A DNA stretch of 47,246 bases from Jimgerdemannia flammicorona (Eukaryota). The stretch spans positions 1 through 47,246 of the forward strand of contig RBNJ01000047.1 in the NCBI GenBank assembly GCA_003990765.1, given 5' to 3'. Under the pieces are notes generated by a model that worked only from the letters and a program-made list of their open reading frames with translations, was not told where the DNA came from and searched no databases. Shown here piece after piece: positions 10,301 through 22,680 of the stretch. Each line of letters starts with the position of its first letter. Position 1 is the stretch's first letter. A program made the translations under genes and the position numbers.

Positions 10301-13300
10301 GGATGGGTAGAACATGCCACCAACTTCATGGAAGCCCTAGACCCTATAGGAAGAAGAGGAATCAACTATCTCCAAGACCCCTCTACTGGAGCCAGATGGC
10401 CACACCTCAACCTCAGAGCCTGGAGGCTCTCTACTAGTAGAGCCTTAGCCCAAGGAAAGGCCGAACTTAGCAAGGATGTTGCCCAGTATGCCCTGCTACA
10501 CCCCAAGGCCAAACTCCTGACCAAAGCACACCCAGAAGATGTAGGATATGATCTCCACAGTATGGAGGATAAATCTATCAAGCCTGGAAAAACATTCATA
10601 ATCAGAACCAGGCTAGCCATGCAGCTACCCCTGGGAGCTTATATCCAACTGACCTCAAGGTCTGGACTTGCTAAACAAGGAATAACTGTAAAAGGAGGAA
10701 CCATTGACCCAGGATATACAGGCACGAAATCAAGGTTATCCTACACAACAGCAGTGCAGAATGGCACTGAATCATTAGAGAACAGAAGATTGCCCAAGCA
10801 GTCTTCTTGAAGGTCAGGACCCTGTGATTACAAGAAGTGTCTGAACTGACTGAAGGAACAAGACAAGCCAAAGGATTTGGAAGTTCAGACAAGAAGGAAG
10901 TACATCTCCTTCAAGTCAACTATCTCAAGAGGAATGTTCCCCAGCAAGTATACTGCCAACCAGTCAAACTGTACAAGAACCTCATCCTGGAGCCTGGAGA
11001 ACAAACCACCTTTGAAATCTTTGCACCACCCGACCCCAGAAACCTTTTCTTTAAACCCAAGGAAGATATACCACACCTGGACATAGAAGGACACACATTC
11101 CCTGACAAAATGAATCCAGTACACTTCTGAGCAACCAACCAAAGTTGAGAAATCATCATCTTGCTGAAAGGAATCATCATAGGACATCTGGTGCCTTTTC
11201 TCAGTTGAACTCATAGAGAAGTTTATAAACTAAACTTATTGGGAAACAGAAAAAGGTCCTAGAAGAAAGGAAAGGCCCCTCTGCGACCCAGGAGACAGTG
11301 AAGCCTTCCACCAACATTGGAGAAGAATTGACATCCCAACAACAGAAACAACTAGTAGAACTTCTCAACAAATATCAAGATATCTTTACTACCAATTATA
11401 GCAACCTGCCATATAATCCATCATATCACCACAGCATCAATACAGGAAATGTAACACCCATCTGTCAGAAATCCTATAGAATACCCCATCACTTGAAAAC
11501 ATTTGAAAAGGAACACATTCAAGAACTCTTAGACAATGGAGTCATCCAACCCTCTACCAGCCTCTGGGCCAGCCCTATACTTATTGTACCAAAGAAAGGA
11601 GGATGGAAACTCTGTATGGATTACAGGAAACTCAATTCAGTTACTGAAAAGGATGCCTATTCTTTGCCCAGAATTGATGACCTTTTGGATTAGTTACAAG
11701 ATACCAGATACTTCAGCAGTATAGATCTCTTCACAGGATTCCACAAGATCTCCATAGACCCCAAGGACATTCAAAAGACAGCCTTCCTTACTTTAGGAAA
11801 ACTGTTTGAATACCTCCAAATGCCCTTTGGACTTTGCAATGCACCCACCACCTTTTAGAGGATGATGAATTCAGTCTATACCCCCTTGATCCACTACTAC
11901 CTGATTGTATATATGGATGATTTCAACATCTATTCAGCAAATTTCGAAGAATACCTGCACCACCTAGAGGAATTCTTCAAGCTCACCCACAAGAACCACT
12001 TGAGACTGAATGCAAAGAAATGCTACTTTGGGAAACAGAAACTCGAATTCCTTAGATTCATAGTTTTGAAGGAAAGAACCCATATAGATCCAAAGAAAAC
12101 CGAAAAGATCAATAATTGCCCAGCACCCAAGACCCCAAAGGAAACATTATCATTCCTGATACTGGTATCCTACTATAGAAGATTTATCAAGGATTTCACC
12201 CAAATTGCTGCTCTAATCTGAATTCTTCTCAAGAAAGAAGTTCCATTCAAATAGACAGAATCATAAGAAAAAGCCTTCAAAGAACTCAAGAATCATATGA
12301 CTATAGCACTAATCCTTGTGTGCCCCAATCTACAGAAGTCATTTATCTTGTATACAGATACTTCCAAAGATGGCCTTAGAGCAGTTCTAGTCCAAAAAGG
12401 ACATGACCAACAATACTATGTGATAGTTTATACAAGCTGAGCCACCAGTTAGCAGCAGATGAACTATGGTAGCACTAAACTAGAATATCTTGCTGTCATA
12501 TGGGCAGTCACCCTCTTCAAGTATTCTTATTGGAAAAAGGTTCATCTTGATCACAGACCATGTAGCCCTCAAATGGCTATTCAACTGCCAGGAACTCACT
12601 GGAATTCTAGCCCACTGGATCCTTATCTTTTAGGATTACAAAATAACCATCATCCACAAGGCAGGGAAAGCCTACAACAATGTTGATATACTTTTCCACC
12701 AGCCCCAATGAACCAGAAGAAGGGAGTTCTGAGGAACTACACCCTAAAGGAAGCTTCTCAGACCATCAAGGTACAAGAAGATCTTATCCAAAAAAACATC
12801 AGAAAGCCCACCAAGGACAGGCAAATATAGAAGAGAAGCTGCGAACAACACACCAACATTGGCCCAACCTCAGAACACAAGTTCAAGATATACTTAAGAA
12901 ATGTGACACCTGCCAGAAGTACCAAGAAAGGAAGAATTACCAAGCACCATTGCAACCAATCATACCACCAGACAAAATCTTTCAGAGATTGGGAATAGAT
13001 GTAATTGGACCTCTACCAGTTATACCAAGAAGAAACAAATACATTCTTGTATTTGTGGAACATCTGACCAAGTAGCTTGAGGCTTTTCCAATAGAAATCA
13101 CAGATGTCTTAACTATTGTAGGCCTTCTCCATAGACTCACACTCAGATATAGACCCCCAGAAGAACTTATCTCTGACCAAGGCACAGAATTCATCAAAAA
13201 CATAATCACAAGTTATACCTGAATTCACAAGATCCACCTCAAACAGACCACATCATACTACTCTCAGACCAATGGCATGATAGAAAGAATGAACCAGACT

Positions 13301-13786
13301 ATCAAGAAAGAACTTGCCTAAGTCAATTCTATCAATTGGGACCTCTGCCTATTTGAGATTCTATGGGAAATTCAGAACACCCCTGCTGCCTCCACCAAAC
13401 AAAAGCTATTTGAAATGATGTTTGCTAAGAAAACCAGAACTGCTGATTATGAGAATCTTGGAGACCTCCTCAAGAAGGCAGAACAGTTATGTAATGAAGC
13501 CTGAGATCATATTATCAAAGCCCAAGTAAGACAAAAGAAGTATTATGACCAGAAACAGAAGGATCAGAAGATCAAGATTAGAGATCAAGTATTAGTTTAG
13601 AGAAGTATGATTGAAATAAATTTTGCCACCAAATTGGAACCCAAATGAGAAGAACCTTATTTTGTACATAATATCAGAGGAACCAGCATCTATTTAAGAA
13701 GCATGGATGAACAAACCCTCAGAACACCAGTACATATCAATTACCTCAAGACATACCTTTCCCCACATTATGAACTAGAGAATTGA
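7326..13786 (+). pseudogene. B gag-pol, with multiple stops and frameshifts
   Basis: MATSLPTFAGYPEEDP gag start; CFHCRQLGHYATEC 8191-8232; LIDTGA ~8890; dUTPase; [10 protein letters not shown]...CMDYRKLN...VYMDD; RNase H LYTDTS...YLAVIWAV; integrase H..H..CDTC, IDVIGP, SDQGTEF, NGMIERMN. Confidence 0.93.
10478..10890 (+). pseudogene. dut: dUTPase domain of B, frameshift near 10724
   Basis: VGYDLHS...TSRSGLAKQGITVKGGTIDPGYTG / EIKV...QKIAQAVF...TRQAKGFGSSD: all five motifs. Confidence 0.92.
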
Positions 13787-14286
13787 CAATCACCTTCAGA
13801 CCCTTGTCCTCAGTTCCTTCCAGGCTCTACCAGTTCCTCTGCCACAGTTCAGGGAGCCCAATGGAACATATCTCCAAAGAATTCAGGTACATCAAGAAAA
13901 CCTCACTCTGATCAAGAGACTACTTCAGATCCACCAGCTGTAGGCCTACTATGCAATTGGAGAACAGTTGCAGAATCTCTCCCTCCCAGACCTGGCCTAT
14001 GTCCATAACACCACTGACCTGAACAGAAGGAATACCACTGCTGCAGAAAGGCTATATACAATCTACAAATGAAACTCTTCAGCTTTAATCCAGGCCCAGT
14101 TCTCTCTGAATAATCTCCAAAGAATGTCCCTATCCACCTATCTCAGCATCATTTATCAAGTTGAGACCCTACTCCCTGAGAAAAAAGAAGAGCCTTTAGA
14201 ATGGAGTGACCCTAGTACAGATAACAAAAAATAATGGAATAGGTATAGATGCAGAAGATGCTTATGCCTATTGGGATGATGACTAA
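13770..14286 (+). pseudogene. ORF3 of B between integrase and PPT, ~170 codons, unknown function
   Basis: ATG overlaps the integrase stop. Frame reads MN*RIDNHLQTLVL...HQL*AYYAIGEQL...NTTDLNRRNTTAAERLYTIYK*... with TAG/TGA stops explainable by C>T, and an acidic end after a probable frameshift. Confidence 0.65.
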
Positions 14287-14325
14287 AGAATAGTCTGGGA
14301 CAGACTATCCTTCAGTGGGGGCTGA

Positions 14326-15639
14326 TGTAAAAAACCAAAATATACTACCTAAATTATAACTTAGCCAGATGATGTGAACAATAGCATACTTCCAGCATGA
14401 TATAACATCCAGTATATCATAGTTGCTCATGACTGTCACACTTATAATTAGCTGGAATACCAGATCAGGGTTATTTATCTGTACCCTAAGGACACACTTA
14501 TGTCTTGCAGACACACTCATATCCTGCAGACACACTCATATCCTGTAGACACACCTGTACCCAGAGGATACACTCAAACATTTCCAGAAGTAGCAAATCT
14601 ATAGTTAGCCACATAGTAATCAGATAGCAACCAACTTGTATAAAATACCCCAGAGACAAGAGTGAATAAACCTCAGTCTGAAAAGTCTGAATTCAAAAGC
14701 AAAAGACAAGTCTGTCTATTACACTTCGAGGTATATGCCTGCCAAAAGCTACTTAATCCGGGAAGGATTGCAATACTTAGGAGAAATACCCACTCTAAAG
14801 CCACTACTAGGAGATTGTGAGCATTGGTTTCTCTTTTCCACTCTGGTCCACTTTTCAATACAAAGAAGAGTTTGTTACATTTTTGGTTTGCTTGCCAGAT
14901 AAGCCTGAAGAATCTGAGTTATTTCTCAGTTGAAGCCACCAATTCAGGAAGAATCCATACCACCTGAGTAGTATTCCCAGAGAGCCACCAATTCAGGAAG
15001 AATCTGCATCCTCTGCCATTTTCAAGTTATCTGCATTCCCAGTTGAAGCCATCAATTCAGAAGAATCTGTGATATCTGAGTTAATCATTGTTCCTAGTGA
15101 GCTTGAGAAGAATCTGCCACCAGTATTATTCCTAGAAGAATCCACACCATACAACTCTCAGTAGACCAAATCGAGTTGTCTGCCAAAACTATATAAGAAA
15201 TATCACCAAGATCATCCTGCATAAGGAATTCATCATACTATACAGAGATTGTCATGCAGAAATTGTATAAGAAGAACTGCTAAATTGTCAGACCATTATA
15301 CATAGAGATCATCATGCTACATAAGAGATCGTTGCCCAGAAATTGTATACTTTTTTGAGATCGCACTATATACAAATTTCTACCAATTTTCAGTTGACCC
15401 AAGAAGAAAATCCATTTACACACAAATTATTGCTATACCCAGAGAACTGTTCCAATTAGGAAATCAACACACAAATTACTCACAGATATCCAGTTTTGAC
15501 TATTATACCACTAAACACTAAGGACCTCAGGAATCCTAGAATATTTTTATTGCTTTTTGACAAAGTAACTGAGGGTTCAAGCCAAACTACATCAATCTCC
15601 AATCTTGTAATTTGCCTCTATTGAGCTAGGCACATTACA
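14326..15639 (+). repeat. 3' LTR of B (1314 bp)
   Basis: Direct repeat of 5547-6768 with extra internal repeat units. Confidence 0.95.
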
Positions 15640-16371
15640 ATATATATGGACAGATATGAGCAAAAACTGACTAGAAGAATCCACCAGATCTTCAGACATG
15701 CACCCTGAGCTATTCTCAATCTCAAGTATTTCAAAGTCTCTAATATTCAAGATTTGACAAGCTGCTGTATAGACTACCTCAAGAAAATGATTGCCAAGGA
15801 GGCCCAATCTACTATTATAGTCAAGAGTGATGAAGTTCAAGATCTTTGAAACTCTATTCTAGAGAACAACCCAGATCAATTCCTCCATAGTCTGATTGCA
15901 CTATTTCAAGACTCTTCTCTGAGAGCCTGCTATCCTCAGAACTCCACAGATGTTCTCTACTTTGTGAATGACCTCACCATTAACTAGAGACCTCAAGAGT
16001 AGAAAGATATCACCTCTCTAGACAATTTAGAGAATAATGACAACTCATTTATTTTACTGGAAGATGATACCTATAACTTCCTTTCTCCCTTCCAAGATAC
16101 TCTCATTAACTCCAACACAACTGTAGAGAATGCAGAAAATGATTTAGTCAGACACTCTGAAGAAAATGAGAAGAAAGAAGATGATGATATAATCTCTATC
16201 ATATTGAACTTTAAGATGTATAAGGATAGCTCTATTAGTCAAATTTGAGTAAGTTAGTACATAAATGTATATTTAACTAGCCATATTTGAGTTAGTTAGT
16301 TAGTTGCACAAATAGTAACTATACTTTAACTAGCCAAATTTGTTACAAATATAAACTAGCCTTTTTTAGTT

Positions 16372-16446
<75 letters not shown>

Positions 16447-17040
16447 GTCTCTTGGACTCTATTTATTATCAATTTCTCTAGTATCTATGACAATTGAATC
16501 TTTCCCAACTACTGCTATGAAATTATATATAAAGAAGGACCCTTCAGCCAACTTCTTCCTTCCATTGTACCCCTCAGTCATCTAGTACTAGATTACTATA
16601 GATCCTCTGTCCAATGTCCTGCACCTTCCTCAAGGCCCTCAGCTGATGCCACTTTCTCTGATACTACCACCCTTGTACCACCTCCTGCAGAAGCCACCTC
16701 TACTACTCTATCAACTCACCAATCTCCATCTATAGATCATGCTTGAACACTTATTGCCAATATACTGCCATTAGGACCCAGACTCCAAGAATCTGGCCAA
16801 GCCCCCCCCAGATATCTCCAGTCACTCCCACCAATTGCCACTTGACAATCAGACTAGTGGGTTCTCCCTGCCACCTGTCTTCAGAACCACAATATTCCTC
16901 TAGCATCTGCCAATACCCTTCTATTCCTGGACATCTCGCCAGAACATGCTCCAGTGATTGAACCATACTACTACAATTCATGTTATAAACACTTTTACAA
17001 CATACTTTCAAGTCATTTATTAGAGAAAGATATTAAGGCA

Positions 17041-19062
17041 ATATCAACCAGCAAGCAAGCAGATGTATATACTAGGTCAGGTAGATATGGAGTCTTTAAC
17101 TGGCAACATATCAGACAAGGGTATAGGCTTGAGATGAGGTCTTTCAGTGGCCTGAGTAGGCAGGGCAGCTCAGGCAGTGGAAGTGGTGCTGGTGGTGGGG
17201 CCAGTGGGCAGAAGGGAGGAGCTTTGCAGATATACTGCAGGCTGGTAGTTGGCTGATGGGAACTTATAGTGGGCAGGCAGGAGAGAAAGAGAAGCAGAAG
17301 GTTGAGGAAGCTGGAGGGGACAGACCTCAGCCAGTGAGAGGTGAGGCTGGTGGGGTAGCTACTAGGAGTAGTGGCAGGACTGCTGATGGTAGTGTGACTG
17401 GGAATCTGAAAAAAAATCTAGATATGACTATTAATGGGAGGGCTGGACAGATGGGCCCAAAGTGGAAGGGGGACCTGGCTGATGGTGTGATGGGGCTGGT
17501 AGTTGCACCATTACTCAAGAAGTCAATTTCAGAGTTCACAACAACCTTGTGCTTCAGGGGCTTGGCAGTGATGGCAAGAATAGTTCTGGGGCTTATTTCA
17601 GAGCAAGTAGCTGAAGCAGTCTCAGTGAAGTTTCTGAAGGGTCTGGAAGGGGTTGAGGTGGGCTTTGAGGAGGCAGACACACTGGATGAGGCTCTGAAGA
17701 CTAGAGTGGCAGTCAGGGAAGTGGTGGTCCCTATGGTACAGTACTTGAGGTGGGACCCCAGGGTGGTGCAGTTACTGGTGAAGGGGGTGCCTATGGTGAT
17801 AAAGAAGGAGACCAGGAGGAGGGTGGAGGAAGTAATGGTGGAGTATGGTGATGTAGTTGATATCAGCTTCCAGTTGTATGAGGGGACCACCTTCAGGATA
17901 TATCAGAATTAGACTGGCTGGGAGAGAGGCCACAGGAAAGATGAGTAACTGGCCTTCAGTGTTGATATAGGGGGCTTTTGTCTGCAAGGTGTCAAGGGTG
18001 AAAGGGAGTGAGGAGGAGGAGGAGGAGGAGGACTTGTTGGAGGCTCTAGAGGAGCTGAGTGGTGCTGTCGAGCAAAGGGTGAAGGCCTGGAAGTTGTATG
18101 TGGAGTTGACACATCTGGAGATTGTGGATGGGAAGTATATTTGTACTGACAAGAGGTAGTGGGAGAGGGCTCAAGGGCACCAAAGGCAGAGGGAGCTGCT
18201 GGTAAGCATAGATGGAGGGGTGAAGATGATGGCTGGGGGTCCTGAGAGTCTGAGGATGTGGAGGTGAGTGTCTGGGCAAGCAAGGGAGAAGGAGATGTGG
18301 AGGAGGGCCTGGAGGGAGCTGAGAAGATATCCCATAAGGTCCCTTTTGCTGATGGTATGTTTGAAGTCTGGGAACCAGTCATTGATGACACTCTCCCACT
18401 GGTCAGGTAGGGTCTAGCTGTGAGGGGTCAGGTGGCAGAAGATGTATTGATGAAGGGTACTCAGCAGACACTTTGGGGTTCCTGATGTTATAAAAGGTGG
18501 GCAGGTGGTGGCAGTTGGTGAGGATGAGCTAGTGGATGTCCCAGAGGAGGGGTGAGATGAGACTGCCAGTATAGGGGCAGATACCACAATGCTGGATGCA
18601 GGAAGGCCAGGGACACCAGGAGGAAAGGAGGTGGGAAACCTGCTGTGGATGAGCAAGATGATGGATAACTTCATGGCTGAGGAGTTGGGGGAAGTGGACT
18701 TGCATGTATTGCCTGAGGAGCATTGGGTACAGATTCTGCATAGAGGTGGGGTAGTGAGGGTACTGAAGGCTGAGATACTTGTGATCTTCCTAGAGAAGGA
18801 GGGTTATGAGGTTGATAAGAAAAGGGAGACTAAGTTGGCAGTAATTGCTGGTGAGTGAGCTGCCTACTATTGGGTGGAGCATCATGGTTTACAACTCTAG
18901 CAGGAGGTATGCCTGGAATATCATAAGGATTTTGAGAAAAAAGAGGATGGGGCAATGGCTGAACTTCTGAATAGGCTGGAGGCACAGGCAGCAGAAGAGA
19001 GGGTGCTGGCTGCTGAGCATGACTTAGACTTGGCACAGGAGGAGTTGAATGTGGACTTGTAA
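17041..19062 (+). pseudogene. LINE C ORF1 (Gly-rich N-terminus, RRM-like core, acidic region)
   Basis: ORFs 17256..17912 and 18589..18858 are homologous to D ORF1 (VEVGFEE / VEIGFVE; EGYEVD / EGYEVN) and lie upstream of APE. Start inferred from an ATA codon. Confidence 0.75.
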
Positions 19063-19065
19063 AGG

Positions 19066-22000
19066 ATGAGACTGATATTTAACCTTATTCCTTATAAACA
19101 GTACAACTAATATTTTCTCCCTAAATATGAATGGGTTAAGGGGATCTGGGTGGTATAAGAACATTTTTACTTGGCTTAAGGGTTTGGAAGCTGATCTCTT
19201 TTTACTACAGGATGTATAGTGTGAGGATGAGGAGGATCAGGTGGAGTAGACTAGAGAATGGGGAGAAGCTACTGCTTGGATTGGCAAAGTGGTGATTCTG
19301 GTGAGGAGGGGTAGAGGAATTTGGGTGAAGTTAGGAGCTGGGGTGACCAATTGGTCTGGGGAGAATGGTGTTGACCTGGGTGGAAGCCAGTGAGGGTTGG
19401 CTCCTGCTACTGCTCTGCTACTAGAAGTGAGCAGATTGAGTGGGTTAGGGATCTTTTGGAGGAGAGTATTCTTTTGGAGAAAGGAGAGGATATTCTGGGA
19501 GGTGACTTTAATATGGTGAAGAATCTACAGTTAGATAGGACAGATGGCAGGAGGAGTGTGGGTGGAAGGAGTGGTGGTCTGGATATCTAAGAGGAGGTAG
19601 AGAATCTGAGTTCCTTGGAAGATGTAGGCAGAATACAGTGGGGCGAGAAGAGAGTTTACACATACTAGATGAATGGACTGGGCATAAGGATTGACTGGAT
19701 TTTGACTGCTGAATGCTGGGGTGTAGATGTTTAGAGGTCTCTAGAGGTGAAGTGATGCCCATAGTCTGACCACTGGGGGCTCTTAGGGTAGGGGCAGTTT
19801 GGGGGGAGTGGAGATGGACCTGGACATTGGCACCTTAACTCCTCGCTGCTGGCTGAGAAGGTGTTGTGGGATCCATGGGTGGAGGACATCCAGGTAAAGA
19901 TGGCTAGCTTGATATATGAAGGTTTACCTGTAAGTGTTCAATAGATAAGATTGAAGGAGACTGTGAGGGTTTATTGGGGAGAAGCTGGTAGGGAGGTTGG
20001 GAGGCAGTAAAGGAAGAGAGTATGGTGTGCTTCTAATAGGCTGCTTAGATTACAGTTGGAGTGGGCTGATTTGATTTCTTCTGAAGAGGTGGGGGATTGG
20101 AGGCTGGAGCAAGCAAAATTGGAGATTGTGGAGCTACAACAGATATTGAGAGATGAGGAAGAGATTTGAATGAAAGGAATGGCTGTCAGACTAAGATGGC
20201 AGGGGCTTGAGGAAGGGAGAGGTCTACTAGGTGCTTTTTAAGGCTTCTCCAGGCTAAGAGAGTATAATATCGATGAGATGGGATCCTTGATACTGAGGGG
20301 AAAGTGGTGCATGGTACACAACCAATCTTGGGAGTACTGAAGGAGAGGTGGAGGGGTCTGTGGAGAAAGGAGGAAGGGGGTGCAGATGAGGTGAAAATTG
20401 GCAACGCACTGGAGGAGTGGGAACCACCACTGGTGGAGGGCCTTGAAGACTTGATACTGCCAGTCTGAGAGGAGGAAATTCATGGTGTCCTGGTAGCAAC
20501 TAAGCTCAGAACAGCACTAGGAGAGGATGGGCTACCTTGGGACTTTTGGAAGAAGATGGCAAAGGTCCCTAGAGTGTTAGGAGAGATAGCTGCCCTCTGT
20601 GACCATGTTCTTCTGAATGGAAGGTAGGTTGGCAAGCAGGACTTAGGGCTGGTGGCCTTGTTGTATAAAGACAAGAGAAGGAGGGAGGATTGGAAGAACT
20701 GGAGGCTGATCATGCTTCTAGACATGGACAGGAAGATGGTGACCAAAGTGATTGTTGTAAGGCTACAGAAGGTTGTCCAATAAGTGCTGAGTGAGGAGCA
20801 GTGGGGTTTTATTAGAGGCAGGCTTATTAGAGATACGACTGCCTGGGTTCATGGCATTATTGAAGGAGCAAGAGCTTGTGGATTGGATGGGAGACTGGTC
20901 TTTTTGGACCAGGAGAAGGCCTATGACCACATTTGGTGAGTGTGGCTAGGCAAGATACTGGATAGAATTAGTATTCCCCCACAATTTTGAGCTTCTATGT
21001 TGAATCTGTTGGAGGGGAGTAGGGCAGCACTGATGTATAATGGTCACTAGGGTCTGGTATTCCTCTTGGGAAGAGAAGTTCCTCAGAGAGACCCACTGTC
21101 TCCTATCCTCTATGCTTTTTTATTAGAACCTTTGATGGATAGGATATGGCAGAAGGTGGCAGAGCTCTCTGTGTATGGTATGGTGTAGAAGGTGGGGGCC
21201 TTTGCAGATGATATAGTAGTTGGTTTTGGCTTAGTGGTGGATGTGAAGGTACTTTAGGAGACAATGGAATGGTACAAGGCACACTCTGGGACAAAACTCA
21301 ACTGGCATAAGTGTGAGACAATGGTGTTGGAGAATTGTCTAGTAGGAGGGGATGTCATTGGAACAATTGTCCCTACAGGAGAGGCAGTGAGGTATCTGGG
21401 TATATTTCTCTATATATATGGTACTGTCTTGCCATGAGTATGGTGAGAGAGGTTGGGGAGGTCACCACATCTCTCTAGCAGACTGGATATTGATCCTGAA
21501 TGTCTACTGGTTGCCCAAGCTGTAGTATGTTGCTTATCATTTGGACTTTCTAGCTTAGATGGAGAAGAGACTGAAGAAACTGACTAGGGATTGGATTTGG
21601 GCAGAGAGGTGGTCCCAGATTGGTTGGGATACTCTTGCAACACTGGTGATTTAGAGAGGGCTAGGCCTAGTGGATTTTCCTATGCAGCTGCATTGTCTGT
21701 GAGCTTAGTGGTTGAAAAGGGCTATTGAATTGGGTAGAGGGGGTTGGGTACCTCTGATGCAGAAGGTGTGGAAGATGAGATTCTCTCCATGAGGATCCTC
21801 AGAAGATTTGCTATCTCTGATGGGTCTGGATGGAAGCAGATGGCTATGGTATAAGGGCTTCTGGTGGGGAGTGGTGGATAGAGCACACTGAATAGGCCTG
21901 TGCTGGCAAAACAATGAGGGAGAGATGTTGTGGGGTCCAGTATGTGGCAATGGGACTGACTGCTTCTGGGGGAGGTTCTACTTGCTGAGTTTGATATTGG

Positions 22001-22680
22001 TGATAGAGTGAAATATCAGTGGAGACTTGGACAGGATCTATGGCCAAGTAGTTGGCAGGCAGTGAGGATTGGTGAGGAGTGGGACTGGGTAGGAGTCTGG
22101 TCATAGAGTACTGATATGTAGAGGTGGCTTTCTCCCAAGTTCTGAGTAGTATGGTAGAGGATGCTGCAGAGGAATATCATGTTGAATTTCCATGATGGAC
22201 ATCTGGTGGATGGTGGTCAATTAGATTATGAGGAGTGCTATAATGTCCGGCAAGTTGGGGGATTTATGCAGATACCAGAACATTGGCTAGGAGAGTGTGA
22301 GGTTCTGGGAGACTTTTGGATAGCAGTAGAGACTTAGTTGGGTGTGGAGAGGAGGCCAGATGGAGAGAGAAGGCAGTGGGAGGATCTGAAATCTAGGTTA
22401 GTGGGAGGTGTGGGTAATGGATTGCTCACTGTAGGATGGGTTTTAGCTATATGAGTAGGGCTAGCTAGACATTGGCTCTTTGTTTTTGAGGAGGGGCAGT
22501 AGTTGGATATACAGGAAAAGTTGTTGAGATAGGAGGGGTTGATGGGAGATCTGTTGACTGGGTGGTGGGTTGGTTGGGGCCCCTAGGGTGGGCGATGTCA
22601 CCATTTGATAGAGGGGATCTATGAATAGAGTGGTGGGTGGGTGGTAATGGTGAATGACAAAGTGGTCTTTTATCAAGAAG
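19066..22680 (+). pseudogene. LINE C ORF2 (APE-RT-zinc finger)
   Basis: FSLNMNGLRG, LLQDV, GGDFNMV, RIDWI, SDHW; GEDGLPWDFW, KNWRLIMLL, FLDQEKAYDHI, PQRDPLSPIL, AFADDIVV, VRYLGIF; EHWLGEC. End approximate. Confidence 0.9.

Larger units (their letters stand above)
5547..15639 (+). mobile_element. Full-length decayed Ty3/Gypsy LTR retrotransposon, family B (dUTPase, ORF3)
   Basis: Paired TG..CA LTRs; 4-bp TSD ATAT (5543-5546 / 15640-15643) whose removal restores the host reading frame; PBS TGGAGGCTTAACTGGG at 6771; purine-rich AGTGGGGG before the 3' LTR; order gag-PR-DUT-RT-RH-IN. Confidence 0.95.
5281..16212 (+). pseudogene. G-LTR homologue of the LTR ORF, split by element B (parts 5281-5546 and 15644-~16212)
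   Basis: MSATCQTVRSRHHSG... matches A MPAACQTSRSRNHQG. The joined frame DTIYMDRYEQKLTRRIHQIFRHAP*AI matches DTTPMDLREARTAKKIHQIFRHAPWSI. Also NPDQFL and the acidic tail ending ILNF. TATAAAAG at 5218-5225. Confidence 0.82.

Noticed and set aside
13770-14286. env gene
   Set aside because: Too short, with no signal peptide, furin site or transmembrane helix visible.
16235-16373. Telomere-like TTAG repeats
   Set aside because: Only a few copies, part of a short TAACTAGCC..ATTTG repeat within the G LTR.
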